Of a stretch of 64,000 nt of DNA, positions 59,396-64,000 are shown piece after piece; positions within the stretch are counted from its first letter, which is position 1, and the number at the start of each line of letters is the position of its first letter. The DNA comes from Zygnema circumcarinatum SAG 698-1b (taxonomy: Eukaryota > Plantae > Zygnematophyceae). The stretch is from contig CM074808.1 in the NCBI GenBank assembly GCA_037447605.1, forward strand, positions 1,116,001 to 1,180,000. The letters are read 5' to 3'. The position numbers and the translations under genes were made by a program. Under the pieces are notes generated by a model that saw only the letters and a list, made by a program, of their open reading frames with translations, searched no databases and was not told the origin of the DNA.

Positions 59396-60666
59396 AGCTG
59401 CCGCCAGGAGGGGTAGAGTGAGAGGGGAACTATGTCTCCCAAGTCCGTCTCCTCCTAAGTTCCCATCACAGGCGAGCGTCTCTTCTGTCGGCTGCCTCGT
59501 TCCTACGAACGCTCGTGCCGCCGGGCAGCGCTATTTGAAACGAGTACTCCGCAAGGGACGATTGACCCATTTCTGAGCAGCAACGAGATCGGTTCCGACT
59601 TGCTTTTTAGAGGGGTAGGGCTTTTCCGTCAGCAAGATCGCCAGGGCTGTGTGATGTTCTCTTTTGCCCTCCCCTGAGCCTGAGGGAGTTCTCTTGCACT
59701 CGACTGCCATGGAGGTGGAGGCAGAGTGGCAGATCAATTTGCACAGATGCTCAGGGGTTTCAAACTACGGGCCTACAAATTTAACTGTAAAGGTGGGCTG
59801 ATTCTCCTGTGCAGGTTGGGCCTGTTGAGTGTGTTATAACCATATTATGATCTTGATGTTAAGTCATTTACACAGTTTTCATCATCATTCACCCCGCAGC
59901 CTGAGCAGCACACAACGAGAAACCTGATTTATTCAGATATAGGCAGCTTCCACAACAAATCGTTTAGAAGAACGTTGCGGCCATGATGGCGACGGTCGCT
60001 CACTGCAGGCATAGGGTTACTGCACTCTTGTGAACTCGAGATCTATTTTTGCACAGGTAGTTAGACAAGGTGATGCAGACCCTGCCAGTCTCATCATATT
60101 GGGCTCAGTGAGTACAGAAAATCTTGTGCTGCACGCCGTTTATTGATAGCCGCAGTTAGCTGACTGTACAGAAGATCCAGGCTTTCGGTTGTGTACAGCA
60201 TGACTACATGGAAGTACAACTTCTCCAATCTACATTCATCAGCAGCGGCCAAGCCATCACTGCCAAGCATCTAGCACATACCCCGTCCTGCAGCCATCCT
60301 GTAAAATCCTGCTGATTGTGGGGCTACGCTGCCACCTTAGCTGTCCATCTGGACGCGGATGGCATTTATTCAGTATCAGTCAAATGCAAGCCCTTCTTCT
60401 TCAAAACCCGGGGAGTGTTGCTTGCTGAGCGCTAATACTGTGCTCCTCCAGCAAGAATCTTGTGGAGTATGTTTCTCCCACGATACACGGATGGACTTCT
60501 TGGTTATCTCACCAACAACCCAATCATAAGTTAGGCGTTCGGAAGTGCCAGAGACTGGTTTTCCTCAGTTTCTGTCCTTCCTCGTTTTTCTTCGGTGGCT
60601 GGCTGGCTCAGAATTTGTGACATGGAAACGGTCCGGTGATCAGACTCCAGATTGTAGTCAGACACA

Positions 60667-63301
60667 TCACTTGCCAATGTTGCTTGAGAGGTAGAAGTTC
60701 CAAAACACTCCACAAGTAGACATAAATGCAACTCGGGCATTGAGAGGTACGGCCCTGTGAACGATGATGATGGACGATGTTAGTGACGGAACTGACACAT
60801 TCATAGCAGCAAGTTCGTCAAACACACCAGTACATTCCAGAAAGTAAATCAGAGCGCCAGTGAGGCAGACAAGGTTAACTGATCTAGTCCGAATATGCAA
60901 CTGCAAGACTTCTCTTCGAGTTTCTTGTTTTTTCCCAAAAACATAAATTTGAGCGATCAAGAATTTTTTAGGATGGCTCCACTGTAGGAGGGGAGTTGAA
61001 TCACTTACCAAAAGTTCAGACAGGTAGCTGGCATCCAGAATTTCCACGCTGCATAGACAGAAAGGTGAGGCATCAGTTGCGGCAAGAGATTCCGAGAAGG
61101 AGATTACCACAATTGCGAGACAAGTCATGCAGGAAAACTCTGACAACATTTAAAACTACAGGTAACGAGGCACTGGACTTCGCTTACCATTAACAATGGA
61201 AGGACCCATATCTCTCCTGTACTTGTCAGGTAACTCTCGCAGTTTTCCCATCCAGAAATAATTCCAACCGAAGACGACAACGAGAATTGCAGGACCGAGA
61301 ATCAGCTGGTTCGCTAATACCTGCCAGTGTCACAAGGGCGGAGTCAGATGCCAGTGCACAACCAAATCGGATAGATCCTCGGAATGGCTGCTTTACCCAA
61401 GCAGCAAAAACCACATGCTTCTGATCTAATTTGGCTCCGATCATGACCTAATCTGACTTACTGAAATCCATCACCCCTACCGGCAAAGGTGGAGCATACC
61501 TTCAGACTGATACTCTGCAGGGACTTGCCCACCACAATCCTGTCCAAAGACTCGTACCACAGCTGCGTTCCAGGCGCATATAGAAGGAACCCATAGCTGC
61601 CCATTCGTAAGGCCCTCCAGAAATCATGGCTCCCTAAATTCACCTTGGCTAATTCCTGAGAAGGGAAGACAATACATCATGTCAGATATCGCAAGTCTCC
61701 CGCTGGCTTTTACACTTAGCATAATACTGATCTGTTTGGGAACAATCCACAGTGGGCGGCACTGAGTAGTAGTATCACTGATGCCAGTTTTCAACACCAG
61801 GGGAGCTTATACTTCAAGTGCAGCAATGCAATAGGCATCAGATTGCCCGATGCAATATGCATCGGGCTCATGGCACTTGATGCCACCTTGTAACTCAGGC
61901 ATCTCGAACTACAGCAAGGTATTAGAAAGCAGAGTCTTCCAAAAAGGCTTTTGCTTTCATACAAGAGGAAGTTGGTTCTTACTTGTTGTTGAAACGATTC
62001 ATCCATTCCTTCAAGCTCTTGCTTAAGTGCCTTGCGCCGCTTATACCTCTCCATAACTTGCGCAATGGTATCACCTGCAAGGGTGGGCAGTCACAATTGT
62101 TTGACCTCTGCTAGTAGAATGGAAACCAATGAGACAAATATCATGACAATACGGATACTTCATTGGAAAGGTACTGCCCACAAACAAAACTTTGGAACTT
62201 CAGAATAGCTCCAGATCCACTGCGAACTGTCCGACATATTTGTTCTAAGATGACAGAGCTAATGTAAGTGATAGAGTTACAACTTCGGATAGTCGAGGAG
62301 TCGTGGAGGTGATGTATCTTACCTGCCAGAGAAAGTGATCCCGCAGTGCAGGCGACCTTCAGAGGGAATTTCTGCGACCAGGAAGGAGTAAATTTGGGTG
62401 AGACGACGTACACTAGTTGGATAGAATCTATAGATCCAGATGACACTAGCGAAATTTAGTGCATGAAGTTCCTTCCGATAACAGGGCGGCTCTCTATATG
62501 AGCAGATTGCGCAAGGACGTCATGCTTGCTTCAGAGGGGCTTGCCGTTCAGAACGTGGATCGGATAATGAGTATCTGAATACAAATCAACAGTACGCCTT
62601 CCGCAGGAACAAACTTGCGGTTTCAACGATATTTTGACGGATTTGAATCCGCTCTACGACTATTATGAGGAGATGAAAACTGACCTGCAAGAGCTCCAAT
62701 GCGCTAGATTTTAACGATGCTCCTTTCCGAGGACGAGGCGCTCTCAGGCTTGCTGTCTCGCTGCAAAGCGGCACGTCATGTGAGAACTTGTTCAATCAAG
62801 CAGTAGCATTTCCATGTCTTTCTCCTGTCACCTCAGGTAGCCTTAACACCTTAAGTAGCGAAACCTGCAATTACGGCCTATAGACGACGAGCTTCTGATC
62901 TAGGACAATACAAAACTTTGAAACTCATGAAAGAGGACGTGCGCCAGTCTGACAATCACAAGGCCTGAGCGAAGTTGCAATTCGATAGTTCAGCTGCAAT
63001 GATGCTTCAAACAAAGTGCCGTTCACGACGATTGCCATTCCCATCACCAATGCCTCTATTTGGCTCTGGCAGTGAGCATCTATAAAAGCAAACACCCCGA
63101 TCTGTACGAATCCATCAGCTTACTATCCGTCAGTTGCTCCTCGCCAAATCCGCCTGTCTCTATACCTGGGCTAGCTTCCAACGTCAAAATAATCCAAAGA
63201 CTAACCTTGATGCAGAAACAGCAGCTGCCTGATGACCACCCAGAGGCGCTCGCAGCTGCAGGGAGATCGCCTTCGATCCTCCCATCCTCAGCGGATTCCA
63301 T
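60667..63301 (-). CDS. Mpv17/PMP22 family membrane protein, multi-exon
   Basis: Seen: KFPLKVACTAGSLSLA|GDTIAQ, DFWRALRMGSYGFLLYAPGTQLWYESLDR, WKFWMPATCLNF|WAVPLNARVAFMSTCGVFWNFYLSS* (stop 60667). The first exons are less certain. Confidence 0.85.
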
Positions 63302-64000
63302 GGACCACCTGCAGGCGGCTGAAATTGTACCATTTTCTCTTCCTCGCCCTCCCTTTCCTCGCCTCACAGCCCTCTACCTTCCTTCCTTCGTCCTTCCTCC
63401 CTCTCTCTATCGTTCTCTCTCTTTCTCCCGCTCTCTCTCCCACTCGCTCTCCCCGCCCTCCTGCAGCAGCGACAGCAGCTTGCAATGCCCACAGGAAGCG
63501 CGCGCCCTCGACCAGAGCGGGGCGGGGCGCGCTGGCCGGCTGGCTGGCTGCTACGTGGCGCGCTGCGGCCCCAAGTCGCGGGACGGCGGCCAATGGGAGC
63601 GCTCCCCCGCTCGGCGGCGGCCCCAGGAGCGGTCCTGCGCGCTCCGAGCGCCGCGCACTGCGACTGGCTCGCGGCGCCGCCCGGGGCCGCGCTCAGCCGT
63701 CCGATCGACAGATCGATCGGGCGGTCCCTCCCAGTGGTAGGGGACGGAGGGCGGGCGGGCGGGCGGGCGGGAGTCGACAAGGATCTTGGACGGCGGGCGG
63801 GCGGGGGCTGGTTTCGTACCATCGTACGGCCGGCCGTACGCGGGGTCTGGGGACTGCGTCGGTGTCCGCCCGCAATGATGCGAGATCTGACTCCTACGGA
63901 AAGGATTTTGTCGTACGTCTCCGTACGGCCGGCGATCCAAGATCTGAGGCGTCATATGCAGGGCTCTTCAAATAGGGGAGATCCCCTAAATATCGTAAAT

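Noticed and set aside
63060-63975. Long GC-rich ORFs (226 and 247 aa) at the right edge
   Set aside because: Antisense to Mpv17 exon 1 and its GC-rich promoter; low-complexity translations expected from stop-poor DNA.

Overview
Eukaryotic nuclear DNA from a green-lineage organism. Spliceosomal introns, a plastid-targeted MurB, an RLCK-VII-type kinase, TIL and DSI-1VOC point to a streptophyte alga or a bryophyte/lycophyte/fern-grade plant (inference; the species cannot be fixed from sequence). 1-40.3 kb is a compact block of intron-containing genes: cytosolic pyruvate kinase (cut by the left edge), Expp1-like secreted protein, DHX16/Prp2 helicase, Era GTPase, RLCK, atypical mitochondrial carrier, MurB, dienelactone hydrolase, DSI-1VOC and TIL. 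It also holds a hAT-type MITE, a Mutator-like foldback element and a 23-bp higher-order minisatellite. 40.7-54.4 kb is a nest of Ty3/gypsy-type LTR elements: two copies of a Gag-protease element with no recognisable RT/RNase H/integrase core (one keeps the integrase tail), one interrupted by a chromovirus. Next come a 1294-bp-offset duplication across an N-gap (probably an assembly artefact), a plastid membrane protein gene and an Mpv17/PMP22 gene. Most notable: (i) the RT-less retroelement whose protease is conserved only at the amino-acid level, whose 5' and 3' LTRs end differently, and whose first 12 nt match the nested chromovirus; (ii) five exact CCAAT-N9-CCACG (ERSE) motifs, three in one bidirectional promoter and one in each arm of the foldback element; (iii) MurB with a Cys-type active-site motif. 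Exon boundaries were read by eye. The TE region has N-gaps and looks partly error-prone, so frameshifts and divergence there may be artefactual.
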